Shown here one piece after another: positions 8,438-16,879 of a DNA stretch of 29,836 bases. Source of the stretch: an archaeon (lineage in GTDB: Archaea; Iainarchaeota; Iainarchaeia; Iainarchaeales; Iainarchaeaceae). Below the pieces are notes generated by a model. That model did not search any database and was not told the origin of the DNA. It saw only the letters and a program-made list of their open reading frames with translations. Position numbers and translations under genes: made by a program. Every line of letters begins with the position of its first letter. Positions within the stretch are counted from its first letter, which is position 1. The DNA lies in assembly GCA_035289485.1 (NCBI GenBank), contig DATDXA010000004.1, positions 1-29,836 on the forward strand, in the 5' to 3' direction.

Positions 8438-8845
8438 TCACACAACCGTTACCTTAGCCTCTTTTACCTGCGCCCAAACCTTGTCACAGGTCACTATTTC
8501 AAAATCATTATCAATTCCAGTCTGCAAAATTATGGCATCTGCCATTGAAAGGTTCAACTGCGGATATTTGAGTTTAAGAAAAGCCGCCCTCTGCGCAGTT
8601 TCAAAGTCGGTTGGAAGAAAATCAAGAATTTTTTGGAAATAGATAAGTGATTTTACAGCCGGCTCTCCGCCCCTTTTTCCAATTGAAAAAAGGAATTCAA
8701 AAGCGCTCAGTGCACTCGCCTTTTCCCGAGCAGCATTTGCGGCACCGGCATGTAATAATGCAGCCACGTTTTCAAACCCTTTTTCTTTGTTAGAGACACG
8801 CACCAGCGCAGACGTGTCATAAATTCTTGAAGGCAATCTTGTCAT
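8438..8845 (-). CDS. vapC: VapC-type PIN-domain toxin
   Basis: YDTSAL, AFE, LSMADAII and IVTCD supply the four PIN acidic residues; overlaps the upstream antitoxin. Confidence 0.88.
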   Translation of the reverse strand: MTRLPSRIYDTSALVRVSNKEKGFENVAALLHAGAANAAREKASALSAFEFLFSIGKRGGEPAVKSLIYFQKILDFLPTDFETAQRAAFLKLKYPQLNLSMADAIILQTGIDNDFEIVTCDKVWAQVKEAKVTVV

Positions 8846-9062
8846 CCTCCTGGCGCATTTTCTTTATGTCTGAAGATTTTACGCCAAGCCCTTTGGTCAT
8901 GCCAATCAGTGCCTTTAGCGGATCCTTTGGAACAAGAACCATCATGACGCCCCATGGAGTTTCCTGGAAAATGACCTTTCGCCCCTTTCCAAAACCGGCC
9001 CTTTTCCTTATTTTTGCCGGAACAACAACCTGCCCCTTTGATGAAAACTTGGCTTCGTACAT
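8817..9062 (-). CDS. AbrB/MazE/SpoVT family antitoxin (VapB-type)
   Basis: KFSSKGQVVVPAKIRKRAG swapped-hairpin signature, directly upstream of the PIN gene. Confidence 0.9.
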   Translation of the reverse strand: MYEAKFSSKGQVVVPAKIRKRAGFGKGRKVIFQETPWGVMMVLVPKDPLKALIGMTKGLGVKSSDIKKMRQEDDKIAFKNL

Positions 9063-9122
9063 ATCACACCACCTATAACATATCTTACTTTTAAGTATAA
9101 AAATCTTACCTCTAAATATTCA

Positions 9123-10220
9123 TTAAAACGGCCTGTTGTCCCTTCTCATTTTCAGCTTTATCGAAGAGCCGAGCTTATCGAGGATTTTATTGGAAATAAT
9201 TTCTATCTCATCATTGCGAAGCTTTGCGTGCATATCTGCTTCTATTAGAACCGTTGGGTATGCGTACTCGCGGTGCATGCAGCTAAGGGCGAATGCAACA
9301 GAGGAAACTTCATCTGCGGTTTTCCGAAGATTTGCAGGGTCTTTGCAGATGAACTCAACGCGCAGTGGCCTGTCAAATAGCGAAGGCTTGATGTAGAGGC
9401 CGTAGATGTGCTCTCCCCACTTTGCATCAAAATCCTGAAGCACTGGATGCTGCTTGATGTTTTTTGTGTAAGTGAAGGCGCAGCTGCGCTCTCCGAGCGC
9501 GAGGAAATAATCAAGCAGGGAAGAATCGAAAAAACCCTCAAGGTCTTCTGAAGGCATCACGTTCTCATAAGGGAGAATGCCTTCCTGCAGAATCTGCCGG
9601 AAGCGCGAGCCCCTGCTGTCCTCAACTGTTGAAATGAGCGTGCACCCTTTTTCTTCTGCAAGAGCATACAGTGATTGGAATTCGTGCACGATATCGGAAT
9701 AATTTTTTGTAAGCCCTGATTCCTTGCGCGGCTTGTCCTGAAACTGGGGCACAATAGAGCCGTCTATGAAAAGATACTTAGGAGAGTGCTCTGCAATTAT
9801 TTTCTTTGCGGTGTTCACTTCCTCGCGCAATCTCATAAGGCTCTTGCTCTGCTCTGCCTCGTCCTCTTCTAGTGAACCTGAACTTAAATGCGGCTCTGGA
9901 AAGTGGAAAAAATCGGGAAAATATTTTGCAGAGGAGATTTTGCCATCCGCATAATCAAAAACAACGCCCACTGCACGGATAAGAACCAAATCAACTGAAG
10001 CAAGGCGCTTTGCAACAAAACCGGAATCAACTCCCGCGACAAGCCCCTGCGGAACCCAGCGTGGGACCTTATACGCAAGGAACTCCTCTGCAAGGTCAAA
10101 GCCGTTGGATACGAACTTTCTTGTTTTGAGGGGCGCAAACTTTTCCGCGGCGGCCTTCTTTCTTTGCTCACCGGAATGGATAGCTTTTACGGTCTGGTCT
10201 ATTACCGAAGTAATGCCCAT
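9123..10220 (-). CDS. nurA: NurA 5'-3' nuclease
   Basis: VAGVDSG, RLREEV, FIDGSI, RVE and YAYPTVLIEADMHAK motifs. Start reassigned to ATG 10220 (MGITSVID), 20 nt below a TTTAAAAA box. Confidence 0.92.
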   Translation of the reverse strand: MGITSVIDQTVKAIHSGEQRKKAAAEKFAPLKTRKFVSNGFDLAEEFLAYKVPRWVPQGLVAGVDSGFVAKRLASVDLVLIRAVGVVFDYADGKISSAKYFPDFFHFPEPHLSSGSLEEDEAEQSKSLMRLREEVNTAKKIIAEHSPKYLFIDGSIVPQFQDKPRKESGLTKNYSDIVHEFQSLYALAEEKGCTLISTVEDSRGSRFRQILQEGILPYENVMPSEDLEGFFDSSLLDYFLALGERSCAFTYTKNIKQHPVLQDFDAKWGEHIYGLYIKPSLFDRPLRVEFICKDPANLRKTADEVSSVAFALSCMHREYAYPTVLIEADMHAKLRNDEIEIISNKILDKLGSSIKLKMRRDNRPF

Positions 10221-10240
10221 AATGAAACAACGCTCCGCGC

Positions 10241-10250
10241 TTTTTAAATA
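10241..10250. promoter_or_regulatory. Bidirectional TATA box (nurA leftward; putative small RNA rightward)
   Basis: TTTTTAAATA inside the inverted repeat GCGCTTT...AAAGCGC; spacing fits ATG 10220 on minus and +1 near 10273 on plus. Confidence 0.55.
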
Positions 10251-10272
10251 AAGCGCAGGGTTCGGTGCCGGT

Positions 10273-10348
10273 GCCAAACCCGACCTGCTCGTCGGGAGGG
10301 AGCGTCCGCCTCGCTTGAGCTCAGCAGGACTGAAAGTCATTGTTTGGC
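10273..10348 (+). ncRNA. Putative structured RNA element, copy A
   Basis: GCCAAAC/GTTTGGC closing stem, CCCGAC-ctgctc-GTCGGG and GAGCG-tccgcct-CGCTT hairpins; homologous to 14646-14704 (-) and 19635-19691 (+). Confidence 0.55.
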
Positions 10349-10408
10349 GACGGGATAGGCCAGCGGCAGGACATTAGTTTAAACAACACATTAGCAATAT
10401 CTCTTTGC

Positions 10409-11269
10409 ATGGAAATGGTAATCCTTGCGGCATTTTGCGCAATGCTTCTTTGGGGCGCTGCGGATTTTCTCATACAAAGGCTCTGCCGCAAAATAGGAAA
10501 CCTTGAAACGCTTCTCCTTATTGATTTCTCGGCCGCGATTCTTCTTCTCCCGATTGTGTGGAACGATTTTGGCGCAATAAACCAAAGCAACCTGCCGCTG
10601 CTCATTGCTCTTGGGGCAATTGGCTGGTTTAGCGGAGTTGTGAGCTTTGAGGCGCTGAATAAAGGAAAGCTCTCGGTTGTTGATGCGATACTTGTACTGG
10701 AACTGCCAGTCACGATAATTCTTGGAATCTACTTTTTCCAAGATGCGATAAGCTCTTTACAATGGGCACTCATCGCGGCGGTGCTTATCGGCACAATTCT
10801 TGTAAGCCTTGCAACGCTTAGCGCCAAAAAAATCCTTGCAAACCTTGAAAAGGGAGCGGCAATAGCGCTTGCAGCCGCATTCATTTTCGGGGTGATGAAC
10901 TTCACAACGGCAGCGGTTGCGCGCGATGTCACTCCAATTCTTGCAATATGGTTTCCCTGGACAATTAGCATGTTTGTAACCGCCGCAATAATGGCAAAAA
11001 GAAAATCACTTTTTGGCACGGTTCGCAAGGTTGCAAGCGCGCCTTGGCTTTCCCTTTTCACGGCTCTTTGCGCAACATTTGGATGGGCAGCATATGCAAT
11101 AGCAGTTGAGGGGGGCGAACTTTCAATAATAACGGCAATCACCGAAAGCTATGTGGTTATTGCCGTGCTAATGGGAGTGCTTGTTAATAGGGAAAAACTC
11201 GCCCCGCACCAGATGGTTGCGGTAATAGGGGTCATTGCCGCAAGCATTTGGCTTGGGATGAGCGCATGA
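10409..11269 (+). CDS. EamA/DMT family transporter
   Basis: About 10 hydrophobic segments in two EamA repeats (WG...D, GKLSVV, NREKL). Start reassigned to ATG 10409, downstream of TTTAAACA at 10378-10385. Confidence 0.88.
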   Translation: MEMVILAAFCAMLLWGAADFLIQRLCRKIGNLETLLLIDFSAAILLLPIVWNDFGAINQSNLPLLIALGAIGWFSGVVSFEALNKGKLSVVDAILVLELPVTIILGIYFFQDAISSLQWALIAAVLIGTILVSLATLSAKKILANLEKGAAIALAAAFIFGVMNFTTAAVARDVTPILAIWFPWTISMFVTAAIMAKRKSLFGTVRKVASAPWLSLFTALCATFGWAAYAIAVEGGELSIITAITESYVVIAVLMGVLVNREKLAPHQMVAVIGVIAASIWLGMSA

Positions 11270-11367
11270 AATAATCAGAAGGCAAAAAGCGGGAATAAAC
11301 ATAACCGTTTCTTGGCAAAATTTTCCTGCGGAAAAATATTTAAACTCCAGAGCACTTACTCTAAGCT

Positions 11368-11781
11368 ATGAAAGCTGTTTTTGAAGTGCGAACAATTGAG
11401 AGCGACTGGAAGCCGCCCTTTAAGAAGAACAATTACGCAAACGAATACGTGGTTGCCGATGGGGAGGCATTTGACCGCATAATGGGAAATGGCAATGATG
11501 AGCCTGTTTTTGAACTGATGGAAACTGCAGGGGACAGGGCAAAGGTCAAATACAGCAGGCTTTTTACAATAAAAGAGCCAAGCGAGCGCGTTGGAAAGGA
11601 CAAAACAGTCTGGCTTATACGCGGCGATGAGCAGCCCCTGAGCTATTTATGGGGCGAGAAAGGAATTACAAAAAAGATTGTTTACAAGGGAATTGCCTCA
11701 CGCGAACAGGAATCAGTGCAGGAACAGGCTGAAGAAATAGTTGAAATTACAGAGCCGCCATCGCAAGAGAACGGGCAATAA
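11368..11781 (+). CDS. Hypothetical protein, 137 aa
   Basis: Clean ORF with TTTAAAC about 25 nt upstream and an acidic C-terminal tail. Confidence 0.75.
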   Translation: MKAVFEVRTIESDWKPPFKKNNYANEYVVADGEAFDRIMGNGNDEPVFELMETAGDRAKVKYSRLFTIKEPSERVGKDKTVWLIRGDEQPLSYLWGEKGITKKIVYKGIASREQESVQEQAEEIVEITEPPSQENGQ

Positions 11782-11824
11782 GCTCTTGCAACATCTTTTA
11801 ATTTTTACATAGCGTCTTTTTCTA

Positions 11825-12535
11825 ATGACCAATAAGATTTACCAGGCTGATTCGTACGCAAAAGAGTGCGAAGCTACTGTTCTGAAAGCCGATGGCAAAT
11901 TTGTTGTACTTGATAGCACTGTGTTCTACGCGCAGGGAGGCGGGCAGCCGTCTGACACGGGAAAAATAATTTCACAAAGCGGGAAAGAGTACAAAGTGGT
12001 TGCCGCGAAAAATTCCGGAGAAGATGTTGTTCACGAGCTTGATTCTGAAGGCTTGAGCGCGGGAGAAAAAGTAAAATGCGCAATTGATTGGGAGAGGCGC
12101 TACAAGCTTATGCGCATGCACACATCCGCGCACCTAGTTGCCGCCTGCATTATGAAAGAGACCGGAGCGCTAATCACGGGAAACCAGCTTGATTTGAAGC
12201 AATCCCGCATGGATTTTAATGTTTTGGATTTTGACCGCGCACTTCTCAAAACCTTTGAGGAAAAGGTGAACGGAGCGATAAAAGATGCGTTGCCTGTTTC
12301 TATTTCTTTTATGGAAAGGGAGAAGGCGCTGCAAAAGCCCGAGCTTTTCCGGCTCAAAGACGTGCTCCCGAAAGATATTCCAATTCTTCGCATTGTCGCA
12401 ATTGGAGAATTTGATGTGCAGGCAGATGGCGGAACGCATGTGAAAAACACTTCTGAAATCAAGGGGATAAAAATTGTTGATTTCAAGAACAAGGGATCGG
12501 AGAACCGAAGGATTTACTGGGAACTGGTTGATTAA
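11825..12535 (+). CDS. alaXM: AlaX-M type alanyl-tRNA editing protein
   Basis: FYAQGGGQPSDTG, IDWERRYKLMRMHTSAH and DGGTHV (Asp at the usual Cys position). Confidence 0.92.
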   Translation: MTNKIYQADSYAKECEATVLKADGKFVVLDSTVFYAQGGGQPSDTGKIISQSGKEYKVVAAKNSGEDVVHELDSEGLSAGEKVKCAIDWERRYKLMRMHTSAHLVAACIMKETGALITGNQLDLKQSRMDFNVLDFDRALLKTFEEKVNGAIKDALPVSISFMEREKALQKPELFRLKDVLPKDIPILRIVAIGEFDVQADGGTHVKNTSEIKGIKIVDFKNKGSENRRIYWELVD

Positions 12536-13153
12536 ATGAAAATTATAGACCTTACAATGCCGCTTGACGCCAATACTCCGGTGTATCCGGGCGACCCGAA
12601 ACCGAAAATAACAATTGCCGCAACAATCGAACGCGACGGCTGCAACGGAAAGCATCTCGAATTCAATTCGCATTTCGGAACGCACATCGACGCTCCGTTT
12701 CATATGCTTGCGGATGGGAAAAAGCTTGATGAGTTCCCACTGGAAAAATTCATCGGTGAAGCTATTGTAATTGATGCGCGCAAGAAGAATTCTGAGAATG
12801 AAATTATTGTGGACCTTTCTCAAGTGAAGCGCGGGGACATTGTCTTTTTCTGGACTGGGAATACTGACAAGGCGTATACTGCGGAGTTCTTTGAAAACAT
12901 ACCCGTGATTTCTCTGCAAACCGCAAAGGAGCTCTGCGCGCGCGGCGCGAAAATAATCGGGATTGATTCGTACACTCCGGACAATGAGCCATTTCTCACG
13001 CACAAGGAGCTTCTGGCGCACGAGATACTGATTTTGGAAAACCTTGTGAACCTTGAAAAAGTTGCGGGAAAGAGATTTGAGTGCATAATAATGCCCCTAA
13101 AGATTGTGGATGCAGATGGGGCGCCTTGCAGGGTTGTCGCGCGCCTGCCTTAA
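12536..13153 (+). CDS. Cyclase family / kynurenine formamidase-like metal hydrolase
   Basis: HFGTHIDAPFH, IGIDS, ILENL and DGAPCRVVA motifs. Confidence 0.9.
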   Translation: MKIIDLTMPLDANTPVYPGDPKPKITIAATIERDGCNGKHLEFNSHFGTHIDAPFHMLADGKKLDEFPLEKFIGEAIVIDARKKNSENEIIVDLSQVKRGDIVFFWTGNTDKAYTAEFFENIPVISLQTAKELCARGAKIIGIDSYTPDNEPFLTHKELLAHEILILENLVNLEKVAGKRFECIIMPLKIVDADGAPCRVVARLP

Positions 13154-13204
13154 AAGGGCGGCTTCACAGTAGGATTAAATTCCCGTTCGAACATCATCTA
13201 AATC

Positions 13205-13555
13205 ATGGAACTAAAGCAGGCAATAGTTATCCGGCAGGACCTTGGAATGGGAAAGGGAAAAATCGGGGTACAGTGCGCACACGCTTCGCTTGCGGCATAT
13301 GAGAAGGCACAAAAGCAGAGCCCGATGTGGGTTGAGGAATGGAAAAGCGGCGGCACCGCTAAAATAGTTTTGAAAATCGGCTCGGAAAAGGAGCTTCTCT
13401 CTTTGTTTGAAAAAGTCAAGAAAATACTTCCCGCAGCGCTCATAAAAGATGCTGGCAGAACGCAAATAGAGGAAGGAAGCCCAACCTGCATTGGAATAGG
13501 GCCTGCGCCTGAGAGCGAAATAAACAAGTTCACAAAAGATTTGAAGCTTCTTTAG
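13205..13555 (+). CDS. pth2: Peptidyl-tRNA hydrolase 2
   Basis: MGKGKIGVQCAHA, KIVLK, DAGRTQ and GIGP motifs. Confidence 0.96.
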   Translation: MELKQAIVIRQDLGMGKGKIGVQCAHASLAAYEKAQKQSPMWVEEWKSGGTAKIVLKIGSEKELLSLFEKVKKILPAALIKDAGRTQIEEGSPTCIGIGPAPESEINKFTKDLKLL

Positions 13556-13586
13556 AGCATTCCATTTTTGGTTGCGGCGGGATTGC

Positions 13587-13814
13587 ATGGAACGAACGAT
13601 CAAGCTTTTTGGAATAGTTGCCGGAATTTTTGCGATATTTGCAAGCATTGCGCTCTTCGCATATTTTGGGGATTTTCAGGGAGTATTGCTCGGGGACAAA
13701 TTATTTTCACAGGTAAACCCTATCGGAGTTTTTGCAATTTTTGGAATATTGCTCTTTGCAGGAATTTATTTTTTCACGGCCGCGGGGCACATCATAAAAG
13801 AAGCGGTGAAATGA
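13587..13814 (+). CDS. Small two-TM membrane protein
   Basis: Two hydrophobic stretches; ATG 13587 preferred; lies between pth2 and the GTPase gene. Confidence 0.65.
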   Translation: MERTIKLFGIVAGIFAIFASIALFAYFGDFQGVLLGDKLFSQVNPIGVFAIFGILLFAGIYFFTAAGHIIKEAVK

Positions 13815-13837
13815 ATATTTTTTAGGGATGATAAAAA

Positions 13838-14608
13838 ATGGGTTACTGGGACATTGTAAAGAAAATTGTTCGGGACGCGGATATCGTAATGGAAATAGTT
13901 GACGCGCGCTTTCCGCAGCAGAGCAGAAATAACGAGCTTGAGGATTTTGTGCGCGGCTCTGGGAAAAAGCTCATAATAGTGCTCAACAAATCAGACCTTA
14001 TTTCAAAGCGGAACGCCCAGAAGGCAAAAGATTCCATCACCGAGAGATGCGTGTTTGTTTCCGCACGGCAGCGAAGCGGGGTAAAGGCGCTCAAAATCGG
14101 CATTGAAAAGCTTGTTTCAGGAGATGAGGCAAAGGTTGCAATTGTCGGCTACCCAAACACGGGAAAGAGCAGCATCATAAATATGCTAAGAGGAAGAAAG
14201 GCGGCTCGCACTTCAAGCACTGCCGGATTCACTAGGGGCAAGCAGCACGTGCGCATAAGCAACAAAATCCTTCTAATAGATACGCCCGGAGTGATACCGC
14301 TGCAGGAGAGCAATGAAACGCTTATGGCTATGCTCTCGGCCAAAAACGCGCACCAGCTAAATGATATGGAAGGCGCCGGAATGGAAATTGCTGAATATTT
14401 AATTTTGAATATGCCAGAAACGCTCAGAGGATTTTATGGCGTGGAAGCAAAAGACGGGGAGGAGTTTTTGGAAAAACTTGCATTTCACAGAAAAAAGCTG
14501 CTCTCGGGCGGAAGGCCTGATTTGAACTCAGCTGCAAGAACGCTAATTGAGGATTTCCAGCGCGGGAAAATCAATGAAAATACGCAGGGCAAAAAGGCGC
14601 GAAAATAG
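13838..14608 (+). CDS. Circularly permuted GTPase, RbgA/YlqF family (large-subunit biogenesis)
   Basis: G4-G1-G3 order: DAR, NKSDL, GYPNTGKSS, T, DTPGV. Confidence 0.92.
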   Translation: MGYWDIVKKIVRDADIVMEIVDARFPQQSRNNELEDFVRGSGKKLIIVLNKSDLISKRNAQKAKDSITERCVFVSARQRSGVKALKIGIEKLVSGDEAKVAIVGYPNTGKSSIINMLRGRKAARTSSTAGFTRGKQHVRISNKILLIDTPGVIPLQESNETLMAMLSAKNAHQLNDMEGAGMEIAEYLILNMPETLRGFYGVEAKDGEEFLEKLAFHRKKLLSGGRPDLNSAARTLIEDFQRGKINENTQGKKARK

Positions 14609-14645
14609 GGCAAAACTGAGCGTAAAATAAGCTAATTTACTCAAG

Positions 14646-14704
14646 GCCAATCGAGCCCAAGCGAAGATTGGGCGCCCCCTCCCGACGGGCTTGTCGGGAT
14701 CGGC
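14646..14704 (-). ncRNA. Putative structured RNA element, copy B
   Basis: Minus strand reads GCCGATCCCGAC-aagccc-GTCGGGAGGGGGCG-cccaatctt-CGCTTGGGCTCGATTGGC; the closing stem has a G-U pair only in this orientation. Confidence 0.55.
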
Positions 14705-14771
14705 AACAAAAGCTATTTATTAATGTAAAACACCCAAATATAAGGTTTCGAGCCCAAGCAAGGGTATCACA

Positions 14772-15704
14772 ATGGCACAGGCAAAAACAGCAAACACTCC
14801 TAGCATAATTGAGACCATTGACAAGATGGTCAAAGAGGGCGAGAGCGAGGAAAAAATCCTCAACACCCTCAAGGACATAGGCATAAGCCCGGATAATGCA
14901 AGAAGGCTTTTGATACTTGGGCAGGCGGATGTTTTTTCACTTTTGAAAGGCGAAATAAGAAGGACAATAAAACAGGAAATAGAAACAGGCGGCGGAGTGC
15001 AGCCGGCGCAGCAGGGGCTTGATGAGAAACAGTCAGCAAAGTACATGGCAGAACTTAAGGATTATGAAAAGAGCATGGCAAAGCAAAACGAGTCCATGAA
15101 AAACGAGCTCGAGGAAAAAATAAGGCGCATAACTGAAATGGAGCAGAAAACCAAAACAGGGTATTCTGGCCAGTCAAAAGAAATCCAAGAGCAGGTGCTC
15201 ACAAACCTGCGGGAATACGAAAAGAACCTCTCGGCGCAGAACAAGGCCTTCCAGGAACAGATGCTCTCAAAAATTGCAAAAGGCCCGGGGCTTGTTGACA
15301 AAGTCAGGGCAGAGGCGCTTGGATCTTCTGGAAAGGACGGCGAAGCGCTCAAAAATTACCAGAAAGTGATGCTTAACCAGAGCAAGGAGTTCCAACAGGA
15401 CATGTACTCAAAAATCCAGAAGATGAATGAACTGGAGGAAAAGACCCAGAAAAGATTGAACCAGGTAACTGATGAAGTGAAAAAGGTAGAGGCGGATATC
15501 GGGGAAGTTGGGATGCGCGGAGTTGGAACGCGAAACAAATTCATAAGTTATATTGTGATAGGAATGGGGCTTGTATTTGGCGCGGGAACGCTCTACACAT
15601 TTTACATGAACACGCAGGCGGCGTTCACCACTCAGAGCATAATCACGATGACTGTGATGGCGATAATTACGGTGACGCTTTTAGTTGTTGGAACGCTTAT
15701 ATAA
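14772..15704 (+). CDS. Coiled-coil protein with three internal repeats and two C-terminal TM helices
   Basis: Repeats LKDYEKSMAKQN / LREYEKNLSAQN / LKNYQKVMLNQS; hydrophobic C-terminus. Confidence 0.8.
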   Translation: MAQAKTANTPSIIETIDKMVKEGESEEKILNTLKDIGISPDNARRLLILGQADVFSLLKGEIRRTIKQEIETGGGVQPAQQGLDEKQSAKYMAELKDYEKSMAKQNESMKNELEEKIRRITEMEQKTKTGYSGQSKEIQEQVLTNLREYEKNLSAQNKAFQEQMLSKIAKGPGLVDKVRAEALGSSGKDGEALKNYQKVMLNQSKEFQQDMYSKIQKMNELEEKTQKRLNQVTDEVKKVEADIGEVGMRGVGTRNKFISYIVIGMGLVFGAGTLYTFYMNTQAAFTTQSIITMTVMAIITVTLLVVGTLI

Positions 15705-15750
15705 AAAATTAGAAATAGTTTACTGCGTCGAAATTATTTTTTAGAAAAAG

Positions 15751-15891
15751 TCACTGAATATTTTTCGAATCCAATTTGCTGTACTCCCGCAGCTCGCGCA
15801 GCGCATTTTCCAAATGAATGCGCTTTCGCATGCCCTTCTCCTTTGCATGGAGCTTTTCAACTTCCATCAAAACGAGTTCGAATTCCAGCAA
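15751..15891 (-). CDS. Small helical hypothetical protein, 46 aa (below the ORF-track cutoff)
   Basis: TTG start after a GGTG RBS; MLEFELVLMEVEKLHAKEKGMRKRIHLENALRELREYSKLDSKNIQ; just downstream of hjc. Confidence 0.55.
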   Translation of the reverse strand: MLEFELVLMEVEKLHAKEKGMRKRIHLENALRELREYSKLDSKNIQ

Positions 15892-15919
15892 TTTAGCACC
15901 AATAAAATTAAACGGAAGA

Positions 15920-16324
15920 CTAATTTTTAAGCTGAACCTGCTCTCCTAAAAGAACATCCAAAGTCGCGCCAACCCTCTGCGCTTCCGAGAGCGAAATCGC
16001 ATAATGCTTGTTTTTGTGGAAGTGCGAGGGCTTTATGAAAATCCAGCCCTTATTCGGGTAGCGCCATGCCACATAGACTTCTGCGCCCGCAAGCTCTTCC
16101 CATTTGAAAAGCTCCTGCATCTGGTAATCAAGAATTGTGAGGTTGTTGTTTCTCCACGCCTTTGCCTCGAGAACAATCGAGCGCCCTTTTCCCATTACAA
16201 TCAAATCAGGCATTGGAAGCGCATTCTTGCCAGAGCCAGCAGTGCGCGCGACCGCGTACCCCTTGCCCCAGAAAAGCTTGAGAAGCTCGCGCTCAGCGTT
16301 AGCGCCCTTGTTGTAGTGAGCCAT
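15920..16324 (-). CDS. hjc: Holliday junction resolvase Hjc
   Basis: KGANAERELL, RTAGSG, PDLI and LEAK (PD-(D/E)xK fold). Confidence 0.93.
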   Translation of the reverse strand: MAHYNKGANAERELLKLFWGKGYAVARTAGSGKNALPMPDLIVMGKGRSIVLEAKAWRNNNLTILDYQMQELFKWEELAGAEVYVAWRYPNKGWIFIKPSHFHKNKHYAISLSEAQRVGATLDVLLGEQVQLKN

Positions 16325-16555
16325 TATGCAAGAAAGAGGAAAGCCGGATTTAAATAGAGTTCTGGCAATGCGGAAGCATTCAAAACGCCGTTTAAAGGCA
16401 TTTTAAGGCATTTAGGGGCTGAAACCACCCTTTTTAATGATTCTGCTTGAAAATAATAAATAGTTCCCAAAAGGGAACAATTGCATTTAACAGAAATTTG
16501 GGGTTAACGGCAGCAAGAACGGCTTTTGCCGCCATTGCGCTTGAAGCTTGAAACA

Positions 16556-16846
16556 ATGAATGCAGGAGAACAAAACTCCTTGGAAATCGGTTTGGAAGTC
16601 GTGCCGAACTCAAGAAAGTTCGGGATAATGGGCTTCAATCCGTGGACAAACTCTTTGAGAGTAAAGGTCAGGGCAAAACCGCAAAAAGGCAGAGCCAATG
16701 ACGAAATAACCCAAGAGCTGGAAAAATTGTTTCACGCCAACCTTCGCATAATCGCGGGGGAAAAGGCCAGGAAGAAAAAATTAATCTTCACAGGAATTTC
16801 AAGAGAGCAGTTCGAGAGAATTGTTATTGAAAATTCCAAACCCTAA
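16556..16846 (+). CDS. DUF167/UPF0235 (YggU-like) protein
   Basis: VVPNSRK, LRVKVRAKPQKGRANDE and GEKARKK motifs; ATG 16556 preferred. Confidence 0.88.
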   Translation: MNAGEQNSLEIGLEVVPNSRKFGIMGFNPWTNSLRVKVRAKPQKGRANDEITQELEKLFHANLRIIAGEKARKKKLIFTGISREQFERIVIENSKP

Positions 16847-16879
16847 TTCTGCAATACACAAAAAAGGAGATGTAAAAAA

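Noticed and set aside
10273..10348. Assigning the repeated element to the SAH or ZTP riboswitch, or to HDV, pistol or twister ribozymes
   Set aside because: Only partial word matches (GAGGAGCG, CGCYTGGGC, CCCAAGC). Helix order and required residues, such as the HDV P1.1 GG, do not fit all copies. EamA also appears to have its own downstream promoter.
10221..10408. N-terminal extensions of nurA and EamA starting at 10340 in the ORF track
   Set aside because: Better ATGs (10220, 10409) sit at leaderless spacing from TATA boxes, and the extensions cross the structured element.
11825..12535. AlaX CGGTH to DGGTH change as an inactivation
   Set aside because: Asp can ligate zinc and I recall this variant in other archaeal AlaX-M proteins, so it is not evidence of loss of function.
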